Below, in pieces: positions 11,769 through 20,513 of a DNA stretch of 64,000 bases (position 1 is its first letter; each line of letters begins with the position of its first letter). The DNA is from Gemmatimonadales bacterium (GTDB taxonomy: Bacteria > Gemmatimonadota > Gemmatimonadetes > Gemmatimonadales > GWC2-71-9): the NCBI GenBank assembly GCA_051955835.1, contig JBQCGH010000127.1, positions 4,590 through 68,589 on the forward strand. Reading direction: 5' to 3'. The translations under genes and the position numbers were made by a program. The notes beneath the pieces were generated by a model, which worked only from the letters and a program-made list of their open reading frames with translations, ran no database searches and was not told where the DNA came from.

Positions 11769-13208
11769 ATGCGGCGCTCGGGTGTGCTGGTGCTCTGGTG
11801 TCTCGGGTGGGTCGTGGCGGTCGGGCTCGCACCAAGCTCGCCGCCGTCTGCGGCCGCGCAGACGAGCACGGTCCGGTGCGAGTCGCAGGGTGGAAAGCGG
11901 GTGCAGTGCCCCATCGCGCAGAATTCGCAGGCGACCCTGACGCGGCACCTGAGCGATACGCCCTGCATCGAGAACCAGAACTGGGGCGTGGGGAACGGCT
12001 ACCTCTGGGTGGCCAACGGGTGCCGGGCGGAGTTCACCGTCACTCAGGTCGCCGTGGTGGTGCCGCCGGCGCGCCCGATGCCGGTCGGGGTCGTCACCCG
12101 TCAGATCCAGGTCTGCCGCAGCGAAGCCGACCGACGGCTCCCGAAATACTCGGGCGACCAGATCGCCGTCGAGCTGAGCTCACGCAACGGGCCGACTAGC
12201 TGGTTCACCTGGGAAGCGGGAACCATGAGCGGCCGCTGCGAGGTGGCGGCCGACGGGCGGCTGGTCCAGTTCGTCACCAACAAGCCTGGCGAGGGCCCGG
12301 GCTACGGGCCCGGCTACGGCAACGCCGGCCCGTCCACCATGCTCACCTGCGAGTCGGCCCGCACCGAGCGGAAGGAATGCCCCATCCCGCAGGGCTCGCG
12401 GATACGGCTCGTGCGTCAGACCAGCGACAACCCCTGCCGCCTCAACGACACCTATGGCCAGGGCCCCGGCTACCTCTGGGTGGCGGAAGGGTGTCGCGGC
12501 CAGTTCGAGGTGTACCGGATGGGCGTGCCGGGCAACGGACCGGGCAACCCCGGGAGCGTGATGCAACTCGCCTGCGCGGCGCCGACCAGCAACGTGCAGC
12601 AGAACTGCCCGATCCCGGAGGGAGCGCGGGCCCGGTACGTGAGCCAGCAGAGCGCGCAGCCCTGCATCGTGAACCAGACCTACGGGATCACCGCGAGCTA
12701 CGTCTGGGTGAGCCGCGGCTGCCGGGCAACCTTCGAGGTCGGTACCGGCGGCTATGCGGGCGGCGGCTACCCCGGCGCGCCGACCAACGTTCGGATCACC
12801 TGCGAGTCGTCGGGCGCGGCGCGGCAGCAGTGCCCGGTCGAGGGCGTGACGTCGGTGCGGCTGATCCGACAGATCAGCACCAGCCCCTGCCAGCTCAGCC
12901 GCACGTTCGGTGCGGGCTTCGGGCACATCTGGGTGAGCAACGGCTGCCGGGGCGAGTTCGAGGCGACGGTGAGTCCGGCCGGCGGTGGCGGGATGCATGG
13001 CGGGTACACCGGGCCCGCCGAGCACATCACCTGTGAATCGAGTAACGGTCAGCGGGCCGAGTGCGGGTACCAGCGAACCGGTGGCCAGGTCGGGCTCGTG
13101 CGCCAGCTCAGCACGACCCCCTGCACGAGGAACAGCACCTGGGGCACGATCAACGGGAACACGATCTGGGTGACCCGTGGATGCCGGGCGGAGTTCGAGG
13201 TGCGATAG
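11769..13208 (+). CDS. Secreted Cys-rich protein with five DUF3011-like repeats
   Basis: I moved the start to ATG 11769 (MRRSGVLVLWCLGWVVAVGLAPSSPPSAAAQ signal peptide). There are five repeats of the pattern C-ES-x5-C-x12-16-RQxS-x2-PC-x5-6-G-x4-6-WV-x2-GC-R-x-EF-EV. Confidence 0.75.
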   Translation: MRRSGVLVLWCLGWVVAVGLAPSSPPSAAAQTSTVRCESQGGKRVQCPIAQNSQATLTRHLSDTPCIENQNWGVGNGYLWVANGCRAEFTVTQVAVVVPPARPMPVGVVTRQIQVCRSEADRRLPKYSGDQIAVELSSRNGPTSWFTWEAGTMSGRCEVAADGRLVQFVTNKPGEGPGYGPGYGNAGPSTMLTCESARTERKECPIPQGSRIRLVRQTSDNPCRLNDTYGQGPGYLWVAEGCRGQFEVYRMGVPGNGPGNPGSVMQLACAAPTSNVQQNCPIPEGARARYVSQQSAQPCIVNQTYGITASYVWVSRGCRATFEVGTGGYAGGGYPGAPTNVRITCESSGAARQQCPVEGVTSVRLIRQISTSPCQLSRTFGAGFGHIWVSNGCRGEFEATVSPAGGGGMHGGYTGPAEHITCESSNGQRAECGYQRTGGQVGLVRQLSTTPCTRNSTWGTINGNTIWVTRGCRAEFEVR

Positions 13209-13215
13209 ACCTGCC

Positions 13216-13250
13216 GGGGGAGCTCTCCGGCCGCTCCGGAGGCCTCCCCC
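13216..13250 (+). terminator. Putative terminator hairpin after the DUF3011-repeat gene
   Basis: GGGGGAGCTCTCCGG-loop(CCGCT)-CCGGAGGCCTCCCCC gives 14 bp with one mismatch and one G-U pair. It begins 8 nt after the stop. There is no U-tract. Confidence 0.4.
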
Positions 13251-13508
13251 AAGGCGATTGACTGTCAAATAACTGGTCGTTTGGGCGCCGGCGCTGCACC
13301 GTCTAGCGCGGACGGCGTTCGCGTGTTACTTATCGAGACCCCAGAAACAGCCCCTGAACTCTCGACACACACCCTGGAGCATCCTAATGGGTGAGCCGGT
13401 GTGCGGCCCGCGGGATATCCACGCCGCCCGACCCACCTCCGCACGTGCGTTCGGCCGCGGCGGCCTCGCCGCGTGTCCCCGGACCGGGCCTCGGGCGGAG
13501 GGCACCGC

Positions 13509-16259
13509 GTGACTGCTGCAGGCCCGCGCGTGAGCGGACCCAGGGCTGCCATCCATGTGCCGCCCCGCTCGCGCGTCCCCGTCGGCCTCGTCGCGTTCTT
13601 TACCGGGCTGTACGCCATCCTCTATTTCGTCTGGGAGCAGAGCGGCTGGGGCGCGCCAGCCGTGCGCGACCTGGTCGGCAACGTCGCCTTCATGCCGTTC
13701 AACCTCGGCGTGCTGGCGCTGTTCGCAATCGCCTCCCGGAACCAGGTGCTCGACTCCGGCGTCCGTCGGGCGCTGCGGTTCCTGGCGGCCGGCGGTCTCA
13801 TGGTGTTCATCGGGAACGCCATCTCCGCCTGGTACGTCCTCGCGCTCCACAGCAATCCGCCCGTCTCCTGGGCCGATCCGTTCTACCTCACCGACTCGCT
13901 GCTCACGCTGGCGGCACTGCTCTCGTTCCCGCTGGCCCGGCGCACCCGGCTCGAGCGGTGGAAGTTCCTGCTCGACGCGGCGATGGTGCTGGTGGGCGGC
14001 GGGGTCGTGATCTGGTACTTCTCGGTCCGGCCGACGGCCGCGTCGCAGGAGAGCAGCGTGGTGGTGACGCTGCTCGCGTTCGCCTATCCGCTGGTGAGCC
14101 TGCTGGTGCTGCTCGGTGTGACCACGGTGCTCCTCCGGAAGCCGATCGACGGCAACCGGTTCGCGTTCGGGCTGCTGGTGACGGGGACCGCGGTCGGCGT
14201 GGTGGCGGACCTGACGTTCAACCTGGTGCAGCTCGAAACCGGCGGGCGGAGCGCCAGCTGGGCCGACGCGGTGTTCCTGGTGTGCTACGTGATGCTGATC
14301 GCGAGCGCCGAGCTGTACTGGCGGCGCCCGGTCCCGGCGCGGCGCCCCTCGGCGGTCACCGTGACGCGGCACCAGCCGATCAGCCCCCTGCCCTACGTGG
14401 CGGTCGCGTCCACCTACGTGCTGCTCCTGGTCGTGGCCCTCGAGCCATGGACCGACCCGATCAGCGGGCTCGCCATCGGCGCCCTGCTGGTGACCGTTCT
14501 GGTGGTGTTGCGGCAGGTGCTCACGCTGCGCGAGAACGTGCGGCTGCTCGCCGAGCACGCCGCGCGCCAGAACGAAGCACGGTTCCGCTCGCTGGTGCAG
14601 CACTCGTCCGACGTCATCGTGGTGACCCGCGCGGACGGCACCATCCGCTTCGTCAGTCCCTCGGCCACGCGGGTGTTCGGCTATGACCCGCAGGCGCTGA
14701 TCCGTCAGCCGGTCATGGACCTGCTCCACCCCGAGGACCGTGACCGCGCCGCCAGCTTCTTCCGTGACGCGACCCAGGCGCCCGGCGTCACCGGGCCCGT
14801 CGAGTGGCGCTTCCGCCAGTCGGACGGCTCCTGGCTCAACGCCGAGATCCTGGCGACGAACCTACTGCTCGACTCGAGCGTCAAGGGCATCGTGCTCAAC
14901 ACCCGCGACGTGAGCGAGCGCCGGCGACTGGAGGAGCAGCTCATCCACCAGGCGTTCCACGATCCGCTGACCGGCCTCGCGAACCGGGCGCTGTTCCGTG
15001 ACCGGGTGAGCCACGCGCTCGCGCTGGCGCAGCGCCGGGGCAACCCGGTCACCGTGCTGTTCCTCGACCTGGACGACTTCAAGACGGTGAACGACAGCCT
15101 GGGCCACGCCGAGGGCGACCGGCTGCTGATCGCCGCGGCGGAGCGATTCCTGGCGTGCGCGCGGAGCGCGGACACGGTAGCCCGGCTCGGCGGCGACGAA
15201 TTCGCCATCCTGATCGAAGGCGCCGACGGACGTGAGGGGCTGCCCGATCGCCTGAGCGCCGCCATGTCGCACCCCTTCTCGCTGAGCGGGAACCAGGTAC
15301 GCGTGACCGCGAGCATCGGGGTCGCCTCCGCGTCGGCGGACGACACGGCCGACGACCTGCTCCGGAACGCGGACATGGCGATGTATGCCGCCAAGCGGCA
15401 CGGCAAAGGGCGCTCGGCGACGTACGAGTCGCGGATGTACGCCGACATCCGGGAGCGGCTCGACCTCGAGGCAGCGCTCCGGAGCGCGATCGAGGGCCAC
15501 CAGCTCACGCTGTTCTACCAGCCCATCGTGAACCTGCAGAGCGGCTCGATCTACGGGCTCGAGGCGCTGCTCCGCTGGGAGCACCCGCAGTTCGGGCGCC
15601 TGCTGCCCCAACACTTCGTGCCGCTCGCGGAGGAGACCGGGCTCATCGTGCAGCTCGGGTCGTGGGTGCTGGGGGAGGCGTGCCGCCAGCTCCACGTGTG
15701 GCGGCAGGCTCACCCCCAGCTTCCCCTCGCGGTGTCGGTCAACATCTCGGGGCGGCAGCTCCAGGGCGCGGGCCTGGCCGAGGCGCTGCGGCAAACGCTC
15801 CACTCGTCGGGGGTCGAGCCGTCGGCGGTGGTGCTCGAGATCACCGAGAGCGTGCTCATGCAGCAGACCGACGCGGTGCTCGAGCGGCTGCAGCAACTCA
15901 AGGCCTTCGGTGTCCGGCTCGCGATCGACGACTTCGGCACGGGGTACTCGTCGCTCAGCTACTTGCAGCGGTTCCCGATCGACATCCTCAAGATCGCGAA
16001 GCCGTTCGTCGAGGAGGTGGGCCAGGGCGCCGACCGCTCGGCGCTGGCACGGGCCATCATCGGCCTGGGCGACACGCTCCGGCTGCAGACGATCGCGGAA
16101 GGCATCGAGCGCGCGGAGCAGCGTGCGGCGCTGATCGAGCTCGGCTGCTCGTTGGGCCAGGGCCATCACTTCTGGCCGGCACTCAACGCTGCGGCGATCG
16201 AAGAATTGCTGTCGGGCGTGCGGAAGCCCGTGCTACGGCTGGTGGAGGAGACGGCGTAA
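13509..16259 (+). CDS. Membrane sensor PAS-GGDEF-EAL protein (c-di-GMP synthase/phosphodiesterase)
   Basis: Multi-TM N-terminus, PAS (RFRSLVQHSSDVIVVTRADGTIRFVSPS), GGDEF (RLGGDEFAIL) and EAL (EALLRWEHP...DDFGTGYSSLSYL). The track ORF starts at 13401. I prefer GTG 13509, which has GGAGGG 7 nt upstream; GTG 13557 is also possible. Confidence 0.85.
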   Translation: MTAAGPRVSGPRAAIHVPPRSRVPVGLVAFFTGLYAILYFVWEQSGWGAPAVRDLVGNVAFMPFNLGVLALFAIASRNQVLDSGVRRALRFLAAGGLMVFIGNAISAWYVLALHSNPPVSWADPFYLTDSLLTLAALLSFPLARRTRLERWKFLLDAAMVLVGGGVVIWYFSVRPTAASQESSVVVTLLAFAYPLVSLLVLLGVTTVLLRKPIDGNRFAFGLLVTGTAVGVVADLTFNLVQLETGGRSASWADAVFLVCYVMLIASAELYWRRPVPARRPSAVTVTRHQPISPLPYVAVASTYVLLLVVALEPWTDPISGLAIGALLVTVLVVLRQVLTLRENVRLLAEHAARQNEARFRSLVQHSSDVIVVTRADGTIRFVSPSATRVFGYDPQALIRQPVMDLLHPEDRDRAASFFRDATQAPGVTGPVEWRFRQSDGSWLNAEILATNLLLDSSVKGIVLNTRDVSERRRLEEQLIHQAFHDPLTGLANRALFRDRVSHALALAQRRGNPVTVLFLDLDDFKTVNDSLGHAEGDRLLIAAAERFLACARSADTVARLGGDEFAILIEGADGREGLPDRLSAAMSHPFSLSGNQVRVTASIGVASASADDTADDLLRNADMAMYAAKRHGKGRSATYESRMYADIRERLDLEAALRSAIEGHQLTLFYQPIVNLQSGSIYGLEALLRWEHPQFGRLLPQHFVPLAEETGLIVQLGSWVLGEACRQLHVWRQAHPQLPLAVSVNISGRQLQGAGLAEALRQTLHSSGVEPSAVVLEITESVLMQQTDAVLERLQQLKAFGVRLAIDDFGTGYSSLSYLQRFPIDILKIAKPFVEEVGQGADRSALARAIIGLGDTLRLQTIAEGIERAEQRAALIELGCSLGQGHHFWPALNAAAIEELLSGVRKPVLRLVEETA

Positions 16260-16506
16260 GGTCGGGTGAACGGGCGAACCGAGAGCCGGAGAGGTCAGGG
16301 TGGCGATTGGACAATAGGGATGGAGGGCTCGGACCGCACCGCGTCTCCGCACGATAAATTCCTCTCGGCGGGCTTCGAGCCCTCCGTGCACTCACGGCGA
16401 ACGACCACGACCTGTCGAGGCTATTCCAACGCGCTACGTTTTTCTTGTTCTCGCCCTCATCGGCTTCGCTCCGGGCATTGTCCGGGCGCAGGACGACGTC
16501 CCGCCG

Positions 16507-16950
16507 GTGATCGAGAAGGTGAAGGCCAAAGACCCGGGCATGGAGAAGATCTTCGCGGATGCGGTCGGGTACGCGGTGTTCCCGACCGTGGGGAAGGGAG
16601 CGATCGGGATCGGCGGGGCGCGGGGCAAGGGGTGGGTGTACGCGCATCGGAAGATCATCGGGAAGTCGACCCTGACCCAGGTGAGCATCGGGCTCCAGCT
16701 CGGCGGGCAGGCGTACAGCGAGATCGTGTTCTTCCAGACGGCACAGGCGCTGGACAACTTCAAGCTCGGCCATCTCAAGCTCGACGCCCAGGCGTCGGCC
16801 ATCGCCGTGACCGCACGGGCGTCGGCCGACCTCGCGTATCGGAACGGCGTGGCGATCGTCACCATGGCCAAGGGCGGGCTCATGTACGAGGCATCGGTGG
16901 GCGGACAGAAGTTCTCGTTCACGCCGACCGCGGCAACGGGCGCGAAGTGA
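16507..16950 (+). CDS. SYLF (Ysc84/DUF500-like) lipid-binding domain protein; probable signal peptide encoded upstream of the first canonical start
   Basis: GYAVFPTVGKGAIGIGGARGKGWVY...SIGLQLGGQAYSEIVFFQT...MAKGGLMYEASVGGQKFSF. In-frame upstream residues (from 16423) read IPTRYVFLVLALIGFAPGIVRAQDD. The stop overlaps the next gene's start (GTGA 16947-16950). Confidence 0.7.
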   Translation: MIEKVKAKDPGMEKIFADAVGYAVFPTVGKGAIGIGGARGKGWVYAHRKIIGKSTLTQVSIGLQLGGQAYSEIVFFQTAQALDNFKLGHLKLDAQASAIAVTARASADLAYRNGVAIVTMAKGGLMYEASVGGQKFSFTPTAATGAK

Positions 16951-17930
16951 AGCCCGAGCTCCGCGCGCAAATTCAGGCCGCCCTGGCGGACCGCTACACG
17001 CTCGAGCGGGACCTCGGGAAGGGCGGGATGGCCAGCGTGGTCCAGGCGCGCGATCTCCAGCACGACCGCGTGGTCGCGCTCAAGGTGCTCCACGCGGAGC
17101 TGGGCGCCACGGTGGGCGCCGATCGGTTCCGTCGCGAGATCCGCGTGGCCGAACGGCTTCGGCACCCGAACATTCTCGGCATCCTCGACTCCGGCCAGAC
17201 GCCCGATGGCCAGCTCTGGTTCACCATGCCCCTGGTCGAGGGCGAGAACGCGTATGAGCGGCTGCAGAAGGTGCATCAGTTCGCCCCCGACGACGCGATC
17301 CGGATCGCGACCGCCACCGCGAGTGCGCTGGCGTACGCGCACGCGCAGGGCGTGGTCCATCGCGACATCAAGCCCGACAACATCATGCTCTCGGGCGACG
17401 AGGTGCTGGTGGCCGATTTCGGCGTCGCCCGCGCGGTGAGCGAGGTCGCGGAAAAGCTCACGCAGACCGGCATGATCGTCGGCACGCCGACCTACATGAG
17501 TCCCGAGCAGGCGAGCGGCGACAAGGCGATCGACGGCCGGAGCGACATTTTCGCCCTGGGGTGCGTGCTGTACGAGATGCTGATCGGCGAGCCCCCGTTC
17601 ACCGGCCCGACGCCACAGGCGGCGCTCATGCGCCGGTTCACCGGGCCGCCCCGCCCGCTCCGGCCGATGGTGCAGGTCTCGGAGGCGGTCGAGGCGGCCA
17701 TCATGCGCTCGCTCGCGCGGGATCCGGATGAGCGGTTCGCCACCGCCGACGCATTCGCCGACGCGTTTATGGGGCGGGCGCGGGCGGCCGCGCCGCCGGC
17801 CGGAGCGGCACCCCAGCGCCCGGACGAAGCCGAGTCCGCACCGGCGGGCGCGAAGCGTGGCTGCGCGGTGCTGCTCGCCGCCGGCGCCGGACTCGGATAT
17901 GTTGCCGCGCATCTCGTCCGCCTGCTTTGA
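16947..17930 (+). CDS. Ser/Thr protein kinase, tail-anchored (kinase domain plus a single C-terminal TM helix, no ectodomain)
   Basis: GTG 16947 gives VKPELRAQIQAALADRYTLERDLGKGGMASV, ALKVL, HRDIKPDNIML, DFGVA, SPEQ. The protein ends GCAVLLAAGAGLGYVAAHLVRLL-stop. The track ORF 16266-17930 has an Arg/Gly-rich spurious head overlapping the SYLF gene. Confidence 0.85.
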   Translation: MKPELRAQIQAALADRYTLERDLGKGGMASVVQARDLQHDRVVALKVLHAELGATVGADRFRREIRVAERLRHPNILGILDSGQTPDGQLWFTMPLVEGENAYERLQKVHQFAPDDAIRIATATASALAYAHAQGVVHRDIKPDNIMLSGDEVLVADFGVARAVSEVAEKLTQTGMIVGTPTYMSPEQASGDKAIDGRSDIFALGCVLYEMLIGEPPFTGPTPQAALMRRFTGPPRPLRPMVQVSEAVEAAIMRSLARDPDERFATADAFADAFMGRARAAAPPAGAAPQRPDEAESAPAGAKRGCAVLLAAGAGLGYVAAHLVRLL

Positions 17931-17973
17931 CCTTCCGCCGGCCGCCCGGCTTCTCTAGCTTGCCGTACCATTC

Positions 17974-19239
17974 ATGAGCTCCACCCGCCAGCTGTTCGGC
18001 CTCCGACTGTACCTCATCGGCTTCGGCGTTGTCCTGCTGCTGGCCGGTGTCGTCGCCGTTGTGCTCGTCCGCGCCGACTTGGATAGCGACGTCGTGGTCG
18101 AGGGCGTCCTGTTCTTCCTCCTCATCGCGCTGATGATCGAGCTGGTCGTCGTGCGGCAGCTGCTCCATCACTTGCTCAGGCCCACCGGCCGTGCAGCCGG
18201 CATCGCCATTCGAGTAGCCCAGGGCGACCTGAGCCTGTGGCCCGCCGATGCGCGGGCCAAGGACCAGCTCAGCACCTCGCTCTCCGCCATGCTGGACAAG
18301 CTGCGGGAGCTGGTCGGCACGATCCGGCAGCACGCGCACGAGGCGGCGGCGATGTCCGAGCAGATCGCGGCCTCGACCCAGGAGATGAGCGCGTCGACCG
18401 AGGAGGTGGCGAGCACCACCGGCGACCTGACCGAGCGCGCCAACCAGCAGGCACTGGTGGTGCGGGCCGCGGCGGAAGACGCCGGCAAGATCCTCGACAT
18501 TGCCCAGGAGCTGGCGGCGGGGGCGGTACAGGCCGCCGAGCGGAACGCGGCGCTCGCGCGGTTGGCGCGGTCGCACAAGGAGCGGCTCGACGAGAGCACT
18601 GCGCAGCTCACCCGGCTGGCCGAGGAGGCGGAGCAGGCGGCGGTGGAGGCAGACGCGCTCACCGCGGCATCCGAGGAGATTGAGAAGTTCGTGATCCAGA
18701 CCAAGGCCATCGCCAAGCAGACCCACATGCTCGCCCTCAACGCCTCGATCGAGGCGGCGCGCGCGGGCGAGGAAGGCAAGGGATTCAGCGTCGTCGCCGA
18801 GGAAGTGCGGAAGCTCGCGGGGCAGGCGGCGCGCTCGGCGGGATCGACCAGCGAGACGGTCCAGGCCGTGCTCGAGCGGGTGCGCACCGCGCGGGAGCGG
18901 CTGCTCCGGCTGGGCCAGGGCGGGCTCGCGGCCAAGGACGCGGCGCACGAGGCCGCGGCCGGCCTGCTCAATGTCGCGGCCGATGCCGACGCGAACGACG
19001 AATGGACTCGGCGGATCTCCGCGTCGGCGAGCGAGGTGCGCGGGCTGATCGAGGGGATCGCAGGCCGGATGCGCGAGGTGTCGGCTGGAACCGAGGATTA
19101 CGCGGCGGCGGCCCAGCAGATCGCGGCGGCGGCCCAGCAGCTCAACGCGTCCACCGAGGAGATCTCGACCAGCGCGACGCATCTCGCCGATGCCGCCGAG
19201 CGTCTGACGGGCGCGGTGGGCGGGTTCAAGCTCGGCTGA
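17974..19239 (+). CDS. Methyl-accepting chemotaxis protein (two TM helices with a minimal loop, HAMP, MCP signalling domain)
   Basis: Highly conserved signalling hairpin [38 protein letters not shown]. The N-terminus has two hydrophobic helices separated by about 10 residues. Confidence 0.9.
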   Translation: MSSTRQLFGLRLYLIGFGVVLLLAGVVAVVLVRADLDSDVVVEGVLFFLLIALMIELVVVRQLLHHLLRPTGRAAGIAIRVAQGDLSLWPADARAKDQLSTSLSAMLDKLRELVGTIRQHAHEAAAMSEQIAASTQEMSASTEEVASTTGDLTERANQQALVVRAAAEDAGKILDIAQELAAGAVQAAERNAALARLARSHKERLDESTAQLTRLAEEAEQAAVEADALTAASEEIEKFVIQTKAIAKQTHMLALNASIEAARAGEEGKGFSVVAEEVRKLAGQAARSAGSTSETVQAVLERVRTARERLLRLGQGGLAAKDAAHEAAAGLLNVAADADANDEWTRRISASASEVRGLIEGIAGRMREVSAGTEDYAAAAQQIAAAAQQLNASTEEISTSATHLADAAERLTGAVGGFKLG

Positions 19240-19292
19240 TCGCGGCGGCGCCCGGCACGCGTCTCCTGCCTCTCGCACGTGCTCCCGACGAC

Positions 19293-20474
19293 ATGAAAGC
19301 GACGCCGATGCTGACGCTGCTGCGTAACGCCGACGTGTATGATCCGGCACCGCTGGGGACGCGGGATCTCGTCGTCGCCGGCGAGACCATCGTCTGGATC
19401 GGGCAGGGACTGCCCGGGCTCGAGCGGTCGCTGCCGCTCGAAGAGGTGGATCTCCAGGGACGGCGGATAATTCCCGGGCTGATCGACGGGCACGTACACC
19501 TCACCGGCGGCGGCGGGGAGGCAGGGCCCCACACGAGGGTGCCGCCGGTGCTGCTCAGCGCGCTCACGGCGGGCGCGGTCACCACCGCCGTCGGCGTACT
19601 CGGCACCGACGACACCGTGCGCACGACCGCCGAGCTCGTGACCGTGGCGCGCGGCCTCACGCGGCAGGGGCTGTCCGCCTACTGCCACACCGGCGGGTAC
19701 CACCTCCCTCCCACCACCGCCACCGGCAGCGTCCGGCTGGACCTCGTGCTCATCGACCTCGTGCTCGGCGTTGGCGAGGTCGCCATCAGCGACCACCGCT
19801 CGAGCCAGCCCACGGTGGACGAGCTGCTCCGGGTTGCGGCCGACGCGCATGTGGGCGGGCTCATGAGCGGAAAGGCGGGCATCGTCCACCTGCACGTGGG
19901 CGACGGCGAGGCCGGACTCGCACCGGTCCGTGACGCGCTCGGGCGGAGCGAGCTGCCGCCGCGGGTGTTCAACCCGACGCACGTCAATCGGAAGCGGCGG
20001 CTGTTCGAGGAAGCGATGGCACTCGCCGAGCGCGGCTCGACGGTCGACATTACGGCGTTTCCGATCGAGGACGGCGAGGACGCCTGGCGCGCCGAGGACG
20101 CGCTGGTGCGCTACCTCGACGCAGAGCTCCCCGCCGACCGGGTGACCGTGAGCTCGGATGGCGGCGGATGCCTGCCCGGGTTCGACGCGGACGGACAGGT
20201 GACCGGGATGGATGTGGGCTCGCCGGGCGCCATGGCGGGCACGCTCGCGGCACTGCTACGCTGCGGTCAGCCGCTCGAGCGGGTGCTGCCGGCGTTTACG
20301 AGCAATGTGGCGCGGCTGCTTCGACTGGAGCGCAAAGGGCGGCTGGTCGAGGGTGCCGACGCGGATCTCGTCGTGCTGGATCGGGACGGGGCAGTGAGGG
20401 ACGTGATGGCGCGGGGGCGGTGGCACGTCAGGGACGGGACGGTGGCGGTCATGGGTGTCTTTGAGGGACGTTGA
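19293..20474 (+). CDS. iadA: Isoaspartyl dipeptidase (beta-aspartyl dipeptidase)
   Basis: Close to full-length resemblance to E. coli IadA: IIPGLIDGHVHLTGGGGEAGPHTRVP, ISDHRSSQP, VHLHVGDG, NPTHVNR, VSSDGGG, ADLVVLD. I trimmed the start to ATG 19293 (MKATPMLTLLRNADVY). Confidence 0.9.
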   Translation: MKATPMLTLLRNADVYDPAPLGTRDLVVAGETIVWIGQGLPGLERSLPLEEVDLQGRRIIPGLIDGHVHLTGGGGEAGPHTRVPPVLLSALTAGAVTTAVGVLGTDDTVRTTAELVTVARGLTRQGLSAYCHTGGYHLPPTTATGSVRLDLVLIDLVLGVGEVAISDHRSSQPTVDELLRVAADAHVGGLMSGKAGIVHLHVGDGEAGLAPVRDALGRSELPPRVFNPTHVNRKRRLFEEAMALAERGSTVDITAFPIEDGEDAWRAEDALVRYLDAELPADRVTVSSDGGGCLPGFDADGQVTGMDVGSPGAMAGTLAALLRCGQPLERVLPAFTSNVARLLRLERKGRLVEGADADLVVLDRDGAVRDVMARGRWHVRDGTVAVMGVFEGR

Positions 20475-20513
20475 GTGCCGAACGGTCAGTGACTCCCGCG
20501 CCCCAGACACTCG

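Noticed and set aside
13250-13262. Identical 13-mer CAAGGCGATTGAC at 13250-13262 and 27783-27795, both upstream of plus-strand genes and containing TTGAC
   Set aside because: A rough estimate gives tens of chance 13-mer coincidences in a 64-kb two-strand comparison. Neither copy has a credible -10 element at 16-19 nt. I kept it only as a note.
13326-16169. Minus-strand ORFs 13326-14729 (467 aa) and 14862-16169 (435 aa)
   Set aside because: They are antisense to the PAS-GGDEF-EAL gene. The sequences are R/H/E/P-rich with no recognisable fold motifs.
16434-19350. Minus-strand ORFs 16434-17912 (492 aa) and 17767-19350 (527 aa)
   Set aside because: They are antisense to the SYLF, kinase and MCP genes, all of which carry strong motifs on the plus strand.
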